From assembly GCA_964247055.1 (NCBI GenBank), contig OZ176054.1, positions 6,944,001-7,008,000 of the forward strand: a DNA stretch of 64,000 bases, given 5' to 3'. Below are positions 11,030 through 26,157 of the stretch, piece by piece. The position numbers were made by a program, and so were the translations under genes. Source of the DNA: Paragordius varius (taxonomy: Eukaryota > Animalia > Nematomorpha). Within the stretch, counting starts at the first letter, position 1, and every line of letters starts with the position of its first letter. Under the pieces are notes generated by a model. That model was not told where the DNA came from, did no database searches, and was given only the letters and a program-made list of their open reading frames with translations.

Positions 11030-14000
11030 TGCGTAATGTTTAAAGCCTAAATTGAACTCGTATGGCTTCTTTTTAAAAATTATCAAAGCCATGCCATTTT
11101 TGTATGGCGTCTCAGTTTTAAACCGGTAGACCCCAACCCATAGGCCTATATGGAAAAAGCGCTGAGACCATCGTCTCATGGGATATTTTAAAAAATACCT
11201 CAACACTAAATAATCGTTATATGATGGCGTAGGGCATAAAGGCCCCAAATTAACGGCTAATAAAAAAAGGCCTGACCTTAATTTTACCTAGTTACGGGTA
11301 ATATTTCGAACGTTAAATGAGCTCATATGGCATAAGTTTTCTTTAAAATAGTTCCAAAACAGCGTAATTTCTATATAGTGGCGCAGTTTTTGGCGGTATA
11401 CTCCCTACCCAGAGGCTGATACAAAAAAGCGCTTGATTAATATTTTTGCCTTTATATGGAGAATACGTCGAATCATGATTGATTCCATATGCTCTTATTA
11501 GTTTTTGGAAAAATTGCCTTAAAATTAAAAAATCATTCTATGGTGGCGCTTTTTTCAGGGCGTGAAGGGCCTAATTAACGGCTAATTTTAAAAACCGCAC
11601 GATCTAAATTTTTGCCTTGTTACGGGTAATATTTTAAGCACCTATTGAACTCATATGGCCTGATAGGTTTTCTGGAATTTAGCCCCAAAAGCACGCTATT
11701 TCGATATTACGGGTCACTTTTTCGGGGGTAGCTCCTTACCCAGCAGCTATCATAAAGAAACGCTTGACTAAAAATTTTGCCTTTTAACAGGGAATATGTG
11801 GAATCCTTATTGAACTTTTACGGTCTCATACCTTGATCGAAAAATAGATTCAAAAAATTATTTTTGTGGGCTTTGTTTTTTGAAAAAAATGGCATTTTAC
11901 GGGGGGGAGCGGGTAAAAAGAGGGCCTAAATCAGTGGTACTCACCAAAAAAATTTGACGGGCCAAATTAAATATTTATTTTTTCTAGGGCCATGAACTTT
12001 ATACTGGCAAAGATCATATAGCTATTTAACACATAAGCACATATACTTTAAATCAGCACAATGATTTTTTTTGCGGATGTAATCCAGCTAAAAACTCGTT
12101 TTTCACCATTTAGTTTATAAAATTAAAATATTTTGATAACAACATTTATTTTGATATAACCAATAATTTTTGACAAATTTGGTTTAGCCTCATGACAGGC
12201 CAATCTTAATACGTCGCCCATATGATCATCGGTTAAGCGATTTCTTTGTATTCTTGACATACTTCATCTTTGAATATGCTGTCTTAAACGTGTAAGGGTA
12301 AGGAAAAACAGTTGGGATAACTTGAGCACATTTATTTTTTCATATTTATTTGGCATAAAAACTCTACAAATATTTCTAATTTACGATTCTCCTTGAATAT
12401 AGCCTCCATATTGGAATCATAAAATATACGAATTTTTCAATGATAAACAAAAAATCTATATAATACTTTGCTAAGGCTTAACCATCTAACAATGGTATAC
12501 AAAAGAGTATCATCAAATTCACGTGGATATCTGTCAAATGGTTTTTGAATTTACGGCACAATTCTCTGTCCCTGTGGTTTAATATATCCACAACCCTTTT
12601 AAATTACTGAATTGTGTTTTCATTTTTACACCCGAAACCAGGTTTTGCTGATGAATAAAGCAGTGAAATGATCAAATATTTAGCAAATTATATTTGTTTT
12701 TCAAAAAAGGAATAAATCCTTTGTTTCCAATCATAGAGGGACAGTCATCTGTGCAGATCGAAACCATTTTTTTAATAGTATTATTATTATCGAAAAAAGT
12801 GCTAATTATTCGAGAAAATCACTCTCTTTCGTGGTATTATATATTGGTAAAAATAAATATTCCCCGTTGATTATGTTGTCGTTGCAAAATCTCACTAGAG
12901 CGCACACTGAGGATCTGAACTAATATCAGTGCTCAATCAATAGCAATTCTAAAATATTAGTTTTTCAGAGCCAATAAATATATTTAGTAATGCGTCGATC
13001 GCATGTTGAATCAGAAAGTTGAAGTTTTTTAATTTGGCTCATGATTTGATCTTTATTAATAAATTTATCAAATAAAAAACTGCAACCATTTATTAGACTT
13101 TCTTCTATTAGTTGGCAATCAGTAAACGGTTTCATATTTTTTCCTAAAATATAGCAAATTTCATACGAAGCTAATGTTACAGCTTTTTCCTGGAAGAAAG
13201 CCATGGACATAAAAAATTTTTCTTCCTGGTATAATTCCTTAATCTTTTAATATTTTTCGTTTCTCAATATTGTATAATTAGGTTACCCTTACATATAAGG
13301 CAGGTGACATTTTTATTTAAACGACAAAGAATTTTTCTTCCCATTCTCTTTTTAAAAGGAGCGATTTTCATCGGATAATTTACGTTTTTTAGCATTAGAT
13401 GTCATCCTTTGAATTTATGTTTAAATATTTTGTAAATTTTTTCAAAAAAATGGGAATATCATTTGAATTATGCAATAAAAAACAGATTAAAATTTAATGA
13501 TGTGAGTTATATATAATGATGCAGGATAGTAATGAAAAGAATAAGTATATGCATTGGGTGAAAGGATTGCTAAAATGCAAAAAAAAATGCAATTTTTAAA
13601 ATAGAAAAGAAAATAGAATGCAGAAACAAAAACAACGTGTTCCAAAATTTTGAAATCATTTTAATGTAGGGAAATTTTTCTACGTTTCAAATTGGGTAAA
13701 TATAAAAATTACCAAAATTAATCTAAATAAAATAAATTAATATTAAAACAAGCGAAAATCCGATTATGTGTATTTTAAAATTTCATCAATAAAAATTTTT
13801 TTAGTATCAATATGGTCATAGGGCAATTTCAAAACACTCTTAGTGCCGCATGCGGCCCGCGGTTTGAGTATCACTGGCCTAAATCAAAAAAGCGAGACGA
13901 CTATGTTCGGCGCAATTGAAAACAAGTAAACAAAAATCATATTTGAAATTGAATGGTTCAACATGTTCTCCGGAAAATTGTCTCATAGACACGATTTTTG

Positions 14001-14185
14001 TGGACTTTTCTTTTCAAAAAACCCGTTTTTCATACGGGGTGGGCCCGAACTGGGGGCCTAATTCAAAAAAAGAGCGAAGCTATTGTCGGGGCATTCATCG
14101 ATGATTATATTTTTTCGATATTTGGATTTGAATGGGTGTACCGGTTTTCCGGAAGCATTTTCCATTTTTATAAATATATAGATTT
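11030..14185 (-). repeat. Dispersed repeat family A, copy 2 (inverted), interrupted by a hAT insertion
   Basis: 11030-11931 is the reverse complement of parts of 4835-6545. 13877-14185 resumes the match (GACTATGTTCGGCGCAAT) and matches 63703-64000. Confidence 0.87.
11932..13876 (-). mobile_element. hAT (Buster/Charlie-like) transposon, internally deleted, with transposase remnant
   Basis: TIRs CAGTGGTACTCA / TGAGTATCACTG (1 mismatch). Exact TSD GCCTAAAT at 11924-11931 and 13877-13884. Minus-strand remnants ASYEICYILGKNMKPFTD (ORF 12965..13210), a frameshifted IAID-STDIS, VSICTDDCPSMIG and FHCFIHQQ. No C-terminal dimerisation region seen. Confidence 0.93.
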
Positions 14186-14413
14186 TCATACTGAAGAAAC
14201 ATAAAATAAGGATTAACGTTTTTTAAAACACTATAATTTGTACTTAATTTTTTTGATATAAATTGCCAAAAATATAGGGTCAAATGTAAAAAATTGTTAT
14301 AAAAATCAATGCAGCATTAATTTTTTAACATGCATTATTGTCAAACTTTTTTAAATATGCATGAAAAATAAAAAATAGGTTATTATTTATTATAGTAATA
14401 ATTAAAGTGTGTC

Positions 14414-15133
14414 TTATTTTTTCTTTGGATTTTCTGGTATTGGTATCCCTAATCGCTCATAACTTTCTTTGATTCGCCTAAGGATGACATATTCACCAGT
14501 TTTTTTGTGTTTTGGTATCCATGGTAATTTTCCTCGAAGAGATCTTAACCTTTCGTATTCCTCATTGAAATCGAGATGTTCGTCTCTAAAATTATATATA
14601 GGATATTTAAGAAAAACCGGTAAAAATTAAATTAATAGGCAAAAAATTATATTACACTACTATTATGGATTATGTAAAAGTAATTCGAACTGGGTAAATA
14701 ATTATATATTTATTTAACGGAAATAAAAATTTAACTCAAAACTAAAGTAACATAAAAAACACTCTTTTTTTTATTATTTGATGTTTAATATATATATAAA
14801 AAAAATTTATCCGTGAATTATTAAGTCAATTAAAAATTTTAAATACCTATATAGACCGTGAGCCCGCAACGTTTTCATCAGTTCTCCGATTTGTGGAAGT
14901 TTTGGATACCATTTAGTATAATATGTGTTTTTGCTGTAAGGTTTTAAAGCATATCGATCCACGACACGCATGTTGGTAGCAGGTGTGGGAGTTACAACTT
15001 CTCCAAAGATTTGTCTGCGCAATTGATCCATATTCTTTGAAAATGCTGACATCCCTTCATACGTAACAGGTTTTAAGTTTTGGGTTCGTCTTGGATACAG
15101 AGCGGCAATACGATTGCCTCGTGTTATCTTCAT
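14414..15133 (-). CDS. MRPS33: Mitochondrial small ribosomal subunit protein mS33, 2 exons (15133 or 15052..14847; 14585..14414)
   Basis: Spliced product MSAFSKNMDQLRRQIFGEV...KWYPKLPQIGELMKTLRAHGLYR|DEHLDFNEEYERLRSLRGK resembles the animal mS33 pattern (RLFGEV, WYP, LRxLGLYRDEH). Phase-2 GT-AG intron 14846..14586; stop TAA at 14416-14414. Confidence 0.92.
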
Positions 15134-15238
15134 TTTTTCAAACCAATTTTAAAGATTTTTTACTTTTGAACAGCTGAAATTCATGCTTCGACAGATGAAC
15201 TAACCCTAAAAGGATCACTTTTTACAATATAAGCAGCT
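15134..15238. promoter_or_regulatory. Probable bidirectional promoter between MRPS33 and LTN1
   Basis: Divergent start codons only 105 bp apart (186 bp if the second MRPS33 ATG is used). Function inferred from geometry only. Confidence 0.6.
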
Positions 15239-18200
15239 ATGGTAAAGGGGCAATCTCATCGTGTCAAGGGAAACGTTAAGGTTTGTTTATTATATTTAAA
15301 AAATAGCCATCTAGCAGCCTTAAAGCAGCAAATATTTTGGTTAACAATCCAAAATTTGCTAAAACAGGTTTTATTGGTTTTGAAACAACGTCGGAAGATG
15401 TTAAAAGTTTATATACTTCCAATACAATATATGATGCGTGTTTAAGAAAGCTAGGAAAAAAGGATGTTAATACCAAAGTTAAAGTTATTTATGCGATTTT
15501 ATTTTTAGGCCTTAGAGGAGATCAAGGAGATTTCCAACATTGCAATGATTCAAGACATCAATGATTTTATACCACAATGGAAGAATTATGTTGTACCTTT
15601 ATTGTTTGTTAGTTTATCTTTAATTTTAGCATTCAGACTTATCAATCAGAGAATTAACTTTAGGCATATGTAATTTATTTAAAAAATTTTTGGATCAAAC
15701 AGATAATAAGGATGAGCACATAAATTTATTTTTAACCCAATTATATATTGCATCATTTGCGCCAATAAAGCAGTTTGGTGCATTGTGCTGTGAACAGAAA
15801 TTAATTTCCACTCAACTTTTATGCAAAACAATAGCCAATAACATAGTGAAAACTTCTCAAAACAAGAAGTAAACTCTTTTAATATTGTAATCCAATATAT
15901 ATAAAAATATTCTGATCAATCATTGACAAATTTGTGATGTTATAATAATTTTTAATGTTGATAACATTAAAGCATCAAATAATGTGCCACTATATTTTTA
16001 ATTAGTTAATTTTATTTTTAATGGAATTTTACCGTTTAAGGATCTGTACATAGTGATTTTCACAAAATACCTTAAAAACGAGTTTTAGGTGCTTAAAATG
16101 GAAAATATTTTTTTACTTCTCATTTCTTACCAAAAAGTTAATATCAGATTGATTTTAATTCTTTTTTTTTAATTCTCACCCTACAATTGATTCAAAAAAT
16201 ATACAATTTTTAAGATAATGATTAATTGAATATCAAATATATTTATATTTTAATTATTGCAATAAATAAATATTTATCTTTAGGGATAATTTTGAAGATA
16301 TTACTTTCCTCCTGGCTAATTTACAATGCATTAATGCTGCGTTATTCAAAACTGGAATATCAAAACAAAATTTTACATTATTGAATTACTAATACCAAAT
16401 TTAACTGATTATGTGGATTCGCTTCAAAATGTAAAACAACCAACTTTCCCTCCTGTAAGTATTATAATTTATATAAATTAAATTTTCTGTGTTAATTCAT
16501 TAAACCAGTTTAACTTGTTTTTTAATTATAATTGTATCATAATATGAAATTTTTATTTTTATCAATAGATATATTAACTATTTTTTCGTTATGCCAAAAA
16601 TTTAATTAAATTGGTTATGTTATTATGCATTATTACATTTGCATACTGAAGTGGACTCCGTCTAATAGAGACTCAATTGTCGGAAAAATACATTGTTAAT
16701 TTTCGCATTCTGGTCCTTTTTTTAAAATTTTACTTTATTGATTAAAATTTAATTAATATTAAATTAATTTTATATTATTTTTGTTCCATTAAGAAAATTA
16801 TATTATATCCATAAACCAAGAAGTTTATGGGTAGATACGTCCACCCTAGAACCATTATGACTAAAAAAATAGGGCCTTATTTTATAATCGGCAAAGTGCT
16901 TAATTATCTGCATGAGCTAATTAGTAGTTTATGGGCGCTGTATATTTCAAAATACTATAGAGGGAGGTCACCTAGATAACTAATAGAATAGTAATATTGA
17001 TAAATATAAAATATTTTCATGCGTATGATTTACAATATAAAGCATCTTTTTCCTATGTAAAAATGTTAATTGACATTTACCCAACCCATTTATTTTTAGA
17101 CTATTATCCATTGCGTACTTCAAATGATTCAAACGTATATTCAAAAATCTCCGTGGGAAACATTGAAAAATCAATCAGATTTTTCCGAAAATAATTGTAC
17201 TAAAAATAATGTGTTGAATGATGATTCTGAATGTGAAATTCTTACGAAATGGCATGAATGCTTCACAAATTTCCTCTTTCAAAAGTTATTAACGGTCGAT
17301 GATTCGTTCGCCGGTGTGGCTTTCATAAAAAATGGACCAATGCTAACTGAGATTTGGAATAGTGTTTTATCTATCGTTTCGTCATTCAAAGTCAGTGAAA
17401 ATTATATATTTATTAAAATTGAGATGTATTTAAATTAAATTTGTACTGCATAGTCGTAATTTTTTGCAAATATATATTTGATTATAGGCTGATTTATCAA
17501 AATATCTTAACCGGTCTGACACATAAATTTAGATATTTGCGCTCATAACCAGTCACTTAATAACATAAAGGTGAATGTATTTTTTAATATAAAATAAATT
17601 AAATTTACCCATAAAATTGTTTTAAATTGATAATATGAATGGAAACTAAATGAAAAACTCGCACAATCTAGAAATTACATGTTTAATATTAATTTTATTT
17701 ATTATTCTTTTTGACTGGGCAGTCGTCACTCTAAATGTATATATGACCGGTCAGACGAATCTTATCTCATATATTATCTTATTTTTAGTAAAAGAATTGG
17801 ATTTTCCACGTTACATTTTTTAATGCATTTAACACTATTTCATAGGACCTTTATTCACTAAATAATTGTAAAACTATATCAACAAATGGGTCGGATATCG
17901 TTGACAATTTTTCCAAAGTCTGTAGTTTGTTCTGTGATCATTTGAATCATTTAAAACAAAATGGTATAAAACCACCTGGTTTACATCAAATAAACACTAA
18001 CGTTGAAGAAAAAAATTATCCTAACATTGATATAACTTACGTTGTAGGCATAATGCCTAGCCTACCATATCAAATATTTTATCATATTTCACGTACCTTT
18101 TTCCAGTTTGACACTAAAAGCAAGGAAAATGATGAGACAGATAAAGCATTTATCCACGTAACGGAATTTCAGCAAACATTTTTGTCATACATTCAATCCC

Positions 18201-21200
18201 AATGGTATATAAATATGTATTATAGATATCTTAAATGGTTATTAATATGTAGCCTTACCTTTTTTTGACAAAAATAGTTGAAGCGTAAAAAAAATTGGTT
18301 GACATAAAAAATGTAAAAAAATCCGCACAGATTTTTTCTCTTATACCATATAAAAAATTTAGTTAAAACGAACAATGCTAAAAACACATCGTATTCAAGA
18401 ATTTGAAAATTTTTTATCTGGAATTTACTGAATATGCGTTATAAACATTAAATTTATTATAAAGTGGATGTGAATTATCGTGTTTATCACACGCATATAA
18501 AACATTTTTTCCTTTAAACATGTATAGTGTCTCAATATTTTTACGTACGCATAATTACTATATTCTTAAGGCTAAAGAAAATTAATAACACGATTAGTTT
18601 TATCCTATTATTATATAAAATATATGAAAAAGCGTTATAAAAATCTTACTTTATGTTGTTTTCACTTTACTTAAATAGCGTTGATAAAATGGTCGAAAGT
18701 ATAGACGGTAAAAAGGAACAAAACCGATTACCCTATATTCCAACCTTTAGATCAGTGAACGCAATGGATACTAAAGATAAAATTTCGGCAACGCAATCCA
18801 TGCCAAGCGAAAAAAATTGGAAACTTTATTTTGATTGCGTTTTAACTACTTTGTTTGAACAATCAGTTCCACCTGACAAAATTGATGATACTAAAGTAGC
18901 AAAGAATGATTTGGCTAAAAATTTTGACAGATGGGTAAATTAATAATGCTTACAGTTTTAACCGGAACTGTTTTTTGTTTTGCTTAATTACTTTTCTGTC
19001 ATTGGTTCCGCATCCGATATTTTTATACATATAAAACAGTTGTTACAAATAATATTGTTATCATTATGGTTTCAAAGAGTGTTTTGCCACAAAAAACTGT
19101 TGGTATTGGGTTCTGGTTCCATTGTTTTTTTTGGTTGAATGGTTTCAATTTCGATAGTAATTTTTTTGAATTTATAGATAATTAAGATTTTTTTCACAAG
19201 GTAAATTATGGTTTTTGTTAAATATAAACATACATTACACGTAAAATTGTCAAAAAATAATTTACTATCTGATTAAAATAAAACTATGTCAAAGTAGGGC
19301 TAATATTTTGTTAAATTTAATTAAAAACTCTTCTTTCGGAACTACGGATGCTTTCTTAAAAACAGTTCCGGAATCATAGTTTCGATTTTACTCAATCGGT
19401 TTCATTTTGTTTTTTTGTCCACAAGAATTAATTATTTATAATTTTACAACTTTTGTCTTTTTTTGCATTTAATAGTACTTTGATCTATTCAACCATATTG
19501 ATCCGAATGATATATCCTTCCCACAAATATTTACCGATAATATCATAGCGCTCTTTGTGCATTTAAATGAGAATGGGGACGCGGCAAATTTAATTGAAAC
19601 ATTCATACAAGGATTTCAAATTTGTCTACAAAACACTTTATCCACCGACGAATTATTTAAGATGGCGGTTAATTATGAATTCCATCAATATTTGTTAAAA
19701 ATGAAACTTTTAACTACGGTTACGATTCGGTTGATAGATAACATTAAAAATATACCAAGTCAAGCACGTTCTAGTATTTTGGAAATTACAAGCAATTTTA
19801 TTCATTCTTATGCTGAAAGGATTTGGGATTTAGTTAAAACACAATCACAAATTTTAGCAGGTAAAGAAGATTCTGAAAATGAACTAAGAATGACTGATAA
19901 CAATCTTGTCTCAATTTTCACACAATTTTTGATTTTATTGCAATTTATAAACCGAGGAAAAACTTTGAAAATTGAGAATCTAACCCCTTCACCCAATGAA
20001 CTACTTTCTTTTGTTAAATTATCGCCCCATGAAATAACCCAAATATTGTTATCATTTTGCCTAAAACATGATAAAAAGTATGATAGTACTGAAAAAATAA
20101 CCCTCCTAATATCAAAAATATTAGTTTCCTACATAATTGGACATGTACAGTTTCAAGGAAAAGATACGGAGCCACAATTACAGAATCAAATTACAGATGC
20201 ATTTAAACTCATGTTTGAAACGGTATTATATTTCAACTATTTTAAAAACACAAATATCTATTTTTACTATTTTACAACTTTCATAAGAGATGGATTTTGA
20301 TTAAACATAAAAATTGTTAATATTATTATGTGGTTATAATAAAATCCACATTTTTCAAAGCTTGACCAACTAATTTTGTAATTTATTAAAAGTATTAGTA
20401 TTTATCTAATAGAAATATAATATAACAAAGAAATAAATTTACAAAAAACAACAACACAAAATACAAGTTAGCAAATATTTTTACATTATATATGTTTTTT
20501 AGCGACCATATCTTTTATATTACCTGTTTGTGGATACGTGTTCTGAAATGGGCAACATTGATTTTTTACCCAAAATATTATTTCCCCCAATTTTCGACAT
20601 CACTATTCACCCATGGAAAGAACAAGTTTTGGAAAATGGAAAAAACTTTTCGATTCTCATTGAAAATTATGAAAAATGTGGCCAAAATAATGATAAAATA
20701 TTAAAAGATCAAGCAAAAATTACACCCATGATTGTTGAAAATGCCTCAATTTATGTCCATAAAAATATATTTCAAAACCAAGCTCCCTTGGATATGGTGT
20801 CCTACATTTGTGATTTTCAACAAATATTTTTTAGCTTAACAAACGCTTCAACTGAAGAAAGCATACCCAAGAAAGCACTATATTTCTATTTGCTCAATTT
20901 TTGGATAAATTTAAACGGTGTAAATTTGCGTTTGATGCAAAAATGCTGCATAGATCATAGTATTGAAGATATTGATCTCTCTCTGTTTTTACGAATGTAT
21001 AAAGATTTATATCATTATCTAAATGGACAATTATCCACTTTAATGATACAGTACAATAACGAAAAACTGGAAAATCAAATTATTAATAATAATAATAATA
21101 ATTATAACCAATACTGGAATAATTACATAGACTCATTATTGGAATATTGCTTATTTTCTCTCCAAACTGGGATTTCAAATGAAAAAAACAAAAATCATTC

Positions 21201-24200
21201 TTTGTTGATAGATGTTGTATTTAATGCTTTATCTGAAATTACGCGGTTCATTGGAAATAACATATTTAGCTGTGAAGTTTCATTGAAAAGGTTCAAATTT
21301 TCATTTTAATGCAAATTGCTGGTTACATGAGTATTATTATTATACCGATTTAAAGCTCCGATTTACATTATAATTGATAGCTAAATACATGTATTGTGTA
21401 GTAAATACTTAAACAAAAATAAAATTATATATATATATATATTTAAATTTTATTTTAATAGTGTGATATGGATATCAGACTTATCATCTGCCATACTGCA
21501 AAAAGTTATAAATGGTTTAAAAAATTTAACTTACATATCAAACGTTACTTATGTGCCTAAGTTAGTTGAATTATTGGATTCATTATGCCCTAATTGGAAT
21601 ATAATATCATCTGCACTGGATTGGGTTATTACTAGTCAAGAGGTACGATTTTTAGATTTATAGTTTACAAATAACTTTTTTTAATCGCTGCTATACTAAA
21701 ATTTTTGGTATTTTCAATCTTTTATAATGAACCCATTTATTTGTTAAAAAGTATGTTTTGTAAAAAATATTTACTCTGGTTTCGATTTAGTTTAGTTTGT
21801 TTGTATCTTGATCCGCAGTAGGGAACAATGTTCGTAAAAATATTTTACATCTTAAATTATTTAGGTTTTAAAATATATAAAGCCTTAGTTTAGCAAATAT
21901 TTAATTTCCGATTTTTAAATTTTTTTATTGGTTATTTAATGTATAATAATTAATTATTATCTTTTTAACCGTACTTGTGCTTATCGTATGTAAAAAATTC
22001 AATTATTTATTTCAAAACCTTAAATTTTTTTATTGGATTTTATAGATTAATCATATTCTCCTTGTTGCAACTTTGTATAATATCGTCCATTTTCAAATAT
22101 TTCACTTAAATGCACCCACTTCAATCGAGTTAAAACCTCGTTCGGAAGAAATATTTTTTAATACGTTATCTCTAACTCTTGTGCGCGCAAGTTATTTACT
22201 TGGTTACATTGCAACCATAAGATTTGAAATTATTCCAACTTTAACTCATTTACCAACTGTCACTCATGATAATTTCAATTTTAAAATATTTGATTGGAAA
22301 GAGGCGCCACATGGCACCAATTTTGATTTTTCTATTTGTGCTACAAAATTATGGAGTTTAATCAAAATTTTATATCCTTTCAACTCAACAATAAAAAACT
22401 GGATTGAGGATTGTGAAAGTGTCATAAATAATAAAACATTTTTGTCATTCAATCAATTCCATAACAATTTGCAAGTGATTAGCCATAGTGAACAAAGAAA
22501 TATTCAAAGCATAATTTTAAGTCCGTCCGAATTTTCAGGCCACCTAGAAGGAATACACATGCTTAGGTTCATAAAAAATATATCACAATTTCTAACGACA
22601 AATAATGATAATACCACTCTAAAATTGGCATCAATGAAAAATTTTGCCCTGTATTATAATTACATGTTTAAATCATTACTCCAATATCATCCTAAGTTAA
22701 GTAATCATGATGAAGGCTTAAATATCACGGACATTTTACCGGTTCTGCAAAATATTTTGAATTTTCCAAATTCTGACATGGATGATATGTCTACTTCCTT
22801 AGAAATAATGCCGGCTAACAACATTAAAAATGAAATTAATCACATTTTTATGGATTTAGAACGTGAATATGTATCGGATCCCAAAATATCCACAATAATA
22901 TCAATCATAAGTGAGAAATTGGTACCTTTATTAAACCAAATAAATGTGCCTGATGCAAAGATTGATATTAAGGATTTTATCATTGCTAAAATTGCTAATC
23001 TTTATACGAATTACAATACGACTTTGGCCAACAAATATAAAGCCATGGATAATAAAGCAACACAATCGAATTCGGATGGATTGTCTCCATACTATCTTTA
23101 CAATGCCACGGTTTTGGAATGGCTCACTGACCTTATAGATTCAGTAATCTTGGGATCAAAGTTATTTAACAAAGATTCCCTTGATTTTTTGTTATGCTTA
23201 GCCGTATCATTAATGCCAGAATTGCATTGTGGTGGTAAAATCGAATCCTCCGTTGAGGAAGTCAGAAATATCGCTAATATAAAATTTTTACAATATATTG
23301 CCTCTATACTTACATATCTCCGTAAAGTTAAAACACAACCAAATAGCGAAGAGGCTTATGATGAACTTGCTGATTTTTTTGTTGAACCCTTGTTATTACC
23401 AATCTTTAAACAGGTCATGGCTCTTATCGTGCGGAGGGACAATGAAATAAGCTTTAAAACAATGGGAAAGAAGTCTAATGATTTTTTGGGTACCAAGTTT
23501 ATTTTCTACATATATGATATGTTCAAAATAATGTATTAAAAGCCTTCTTGTTTTTGAAATTAATAATATTGACAAATTATAAATTTTATCATAGTTACGT
23601 ACGTTCTGCAATAATAAAAAAAGTTTTTTTGTTATTAAAATATTTACAATGATAAGTAATTAAATGTTATATTTTGATAGATAGATCGGTTGATAAATAT
23701 AAATATATATATAATTTTTATACATACTATTGTAGATAACGTTGATTCCTTAGCTACACTCAATCTTTCCTGTCATATTCTATGGTTAGCTTTTGACGGG
23801 TGGCCCGATGTATTTGTCCGTATCCTCTACACTTATTTTGCTAGCCAATACACAAAATATCAAACTAATAGCCAACCACTTTTAAACAATAATAAGGGGC
23901 ATAAAAATACTGAATCTGAGACATTGGAAGCGAAAGAATTACAGGACGATTTGAGCGAACTCAGTTTAATTGCTCGAAACGAAAAAACGTCTAAATCAAA
24001 CAATACTCCAAACTCAGATGATACAATTGATAGTTATGATAATTTGACGGAAGAACAGATTGCATGTTTGGGGGATCCGCTTTTATTCATTATGTACAAA
24101 ATTATTGATGCGTATCAGACATTTTTCCAACGGGCCCTAATGAGAAACCTAATAAATAAATTGTTGCCATCTATAATTTCTGAGAACTCTGCTAGTCTCC

Positions 24201-26110
24201 TAACCACTACTGATGTTTTTCATGGCAATGACAATTGTGAATTGAATCAAATGAGAATTTTATCAGCCTGGATATTTTTCAATTTAAACAAGTCAGTATT
24301 CATATTATTCTATGAAAATTAGCGTTTATTTTATTGAAATAAAGACATAACAAAAAAAAATAAAAAATGTTTTTTTAAAGAGTCAGCCATATTTAAAATT
24401 CTGATTTTTTTATATAATATTTTATACAATTGTCAAATATATAGGTGGTATCAATTTACATCTCAACCTAAAATTATAGGTTGGTTACATAAAGTAAAAG
24501 AAATATGTTTTTTTTAAATATATCGTTTTTTAGTTTTTATGTGTTCTTTTTATAATTTTATTTAAATCAAAAAATAAATTGTAATTTATATAAACCCTTA
24601 TTTCTTTTTTAATCATACAGTATGCTTTCCAATTATAAAAATTGGGTAAAAGATAAAGCTCATTTGTTACCGGATTATGATGTGAAAAAAATGCCGAAAA
24701 TTAGTCCAGGTAGGTATTTTTATACCTTTATATAAGAATTATTAAACATTATTTTAAAAGCTCATTCGATTAAAACAACCTCTATATTGACCAATTAGAT
24801 TAGCTATAGTATCGAAACATAATTTCTTATATTTTCTTATTGTTGGCCGATTGGCAACACAGTAATGTATGGGTAAAATTAACAAAATGTTGAAATTAAA
24901 CAATTTATTGTAATGGTAAATAACGGATTGGGTATGTTTTTTCAATTTAATTTTCCTTTATCGTTATCTTACGGATTTTAACAACTGTTATTACTAAACA
25001 ATTTATTCCTTTTAATTATGAATTTGTTTTAATACGTCGCTACTGTACCAATTCGCCATGTGCCTATGAACCGTATTTTATTAAACAAAGTTTTTCCAGT
25101 AACAAATGAACAAATATTTCAAAAGACAGCAAAAATAGTTTATTTTTAACCATTTATTCTTTTTTTATCATACGCTGCTGTGTTACCAATTGGCCAACTT
25201 TAAAGTAGAGGTACTGAATATATAAGTTGGGTAAAATATATTTCTCTTATCTTCTAGTTTTACAAGAAGAGATGATATTCGAAAAGATTAGTGATACCTT
25301 GTTGCATACTTATGCGAATGCCCTACTTTTTACCAAAATAGCTATTAACCCTAACTCATCTCTCGAAGGATTGATAAAAAATTACATCTCCATTCTAATA
25401 TTGCAATCACCTCAATACTGTCCAGACACTATGCAATCCATATACCGATTAAAACTTTCTCAAGTCACATTAGAGGCTTATAAAAATATTAATTTTGAAG
25501 ATACTGTTTTGATGCCAAAATTCGGCAATAAAACAAATAACGCTTTGGAATTTGTTAAAAACTTCGTAGAATTATATAATAATTTTTTTGCCGATGTATA
25601 TGGAGATGGTGCTAATAATAATTTGATTGATTATCTCATGGATGATTTGTTGTACGATATGAAATGTAACATAGTTCCATACCTTGCAACAACACCAAAC
25701 ACATTAATCCAAAATTCCATAAATTCCAATAATAATGAAAATGTCATGCACCGTATTTTATATCAAATCATTCCTTTATGGTGGAAAAATGTTGGATTGC
25801 CGTTTGTCAATTCAAAATCAACCAAAACCCAGGCTAATAGCATAACTAAACAAGATTTTTATACCTTGTTTACTTTGTTTCAAACCCAAACAATTGGAGA
25901 AAATTTTGTTACAATACCTTCTGGTATGGTATTTTTTGTTTAACACAAATCAAATTATTTTTAATTATACCATATAGTATAATTGTACTCTCAATGCGTA
26001 AAATATTTGCCACAAAAATAATTCAATAGTATATAGTTGTCGAGATAATTGAACTTGATTTATAGATTTAAGTTTGATGGATGTTGTAATTATTATTTGT
26101 TTGCCTTTAA

Positions 26111-26157
<47 letters not shown>

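Noticed and set aside
15200-15209. CTAACCCTAA telomere-like motif in the divergent promoter
   Set aside because: Under two repeat units, and similar strings occur in an intron (about 32291) and in coding sequence.
17508-17755. Weak inverted repeat in a LTN1 intron (ACCGGTC, CCAGTCA motifs)
   Set aside because: Probably an old MITE, but too degenerate to define ends.
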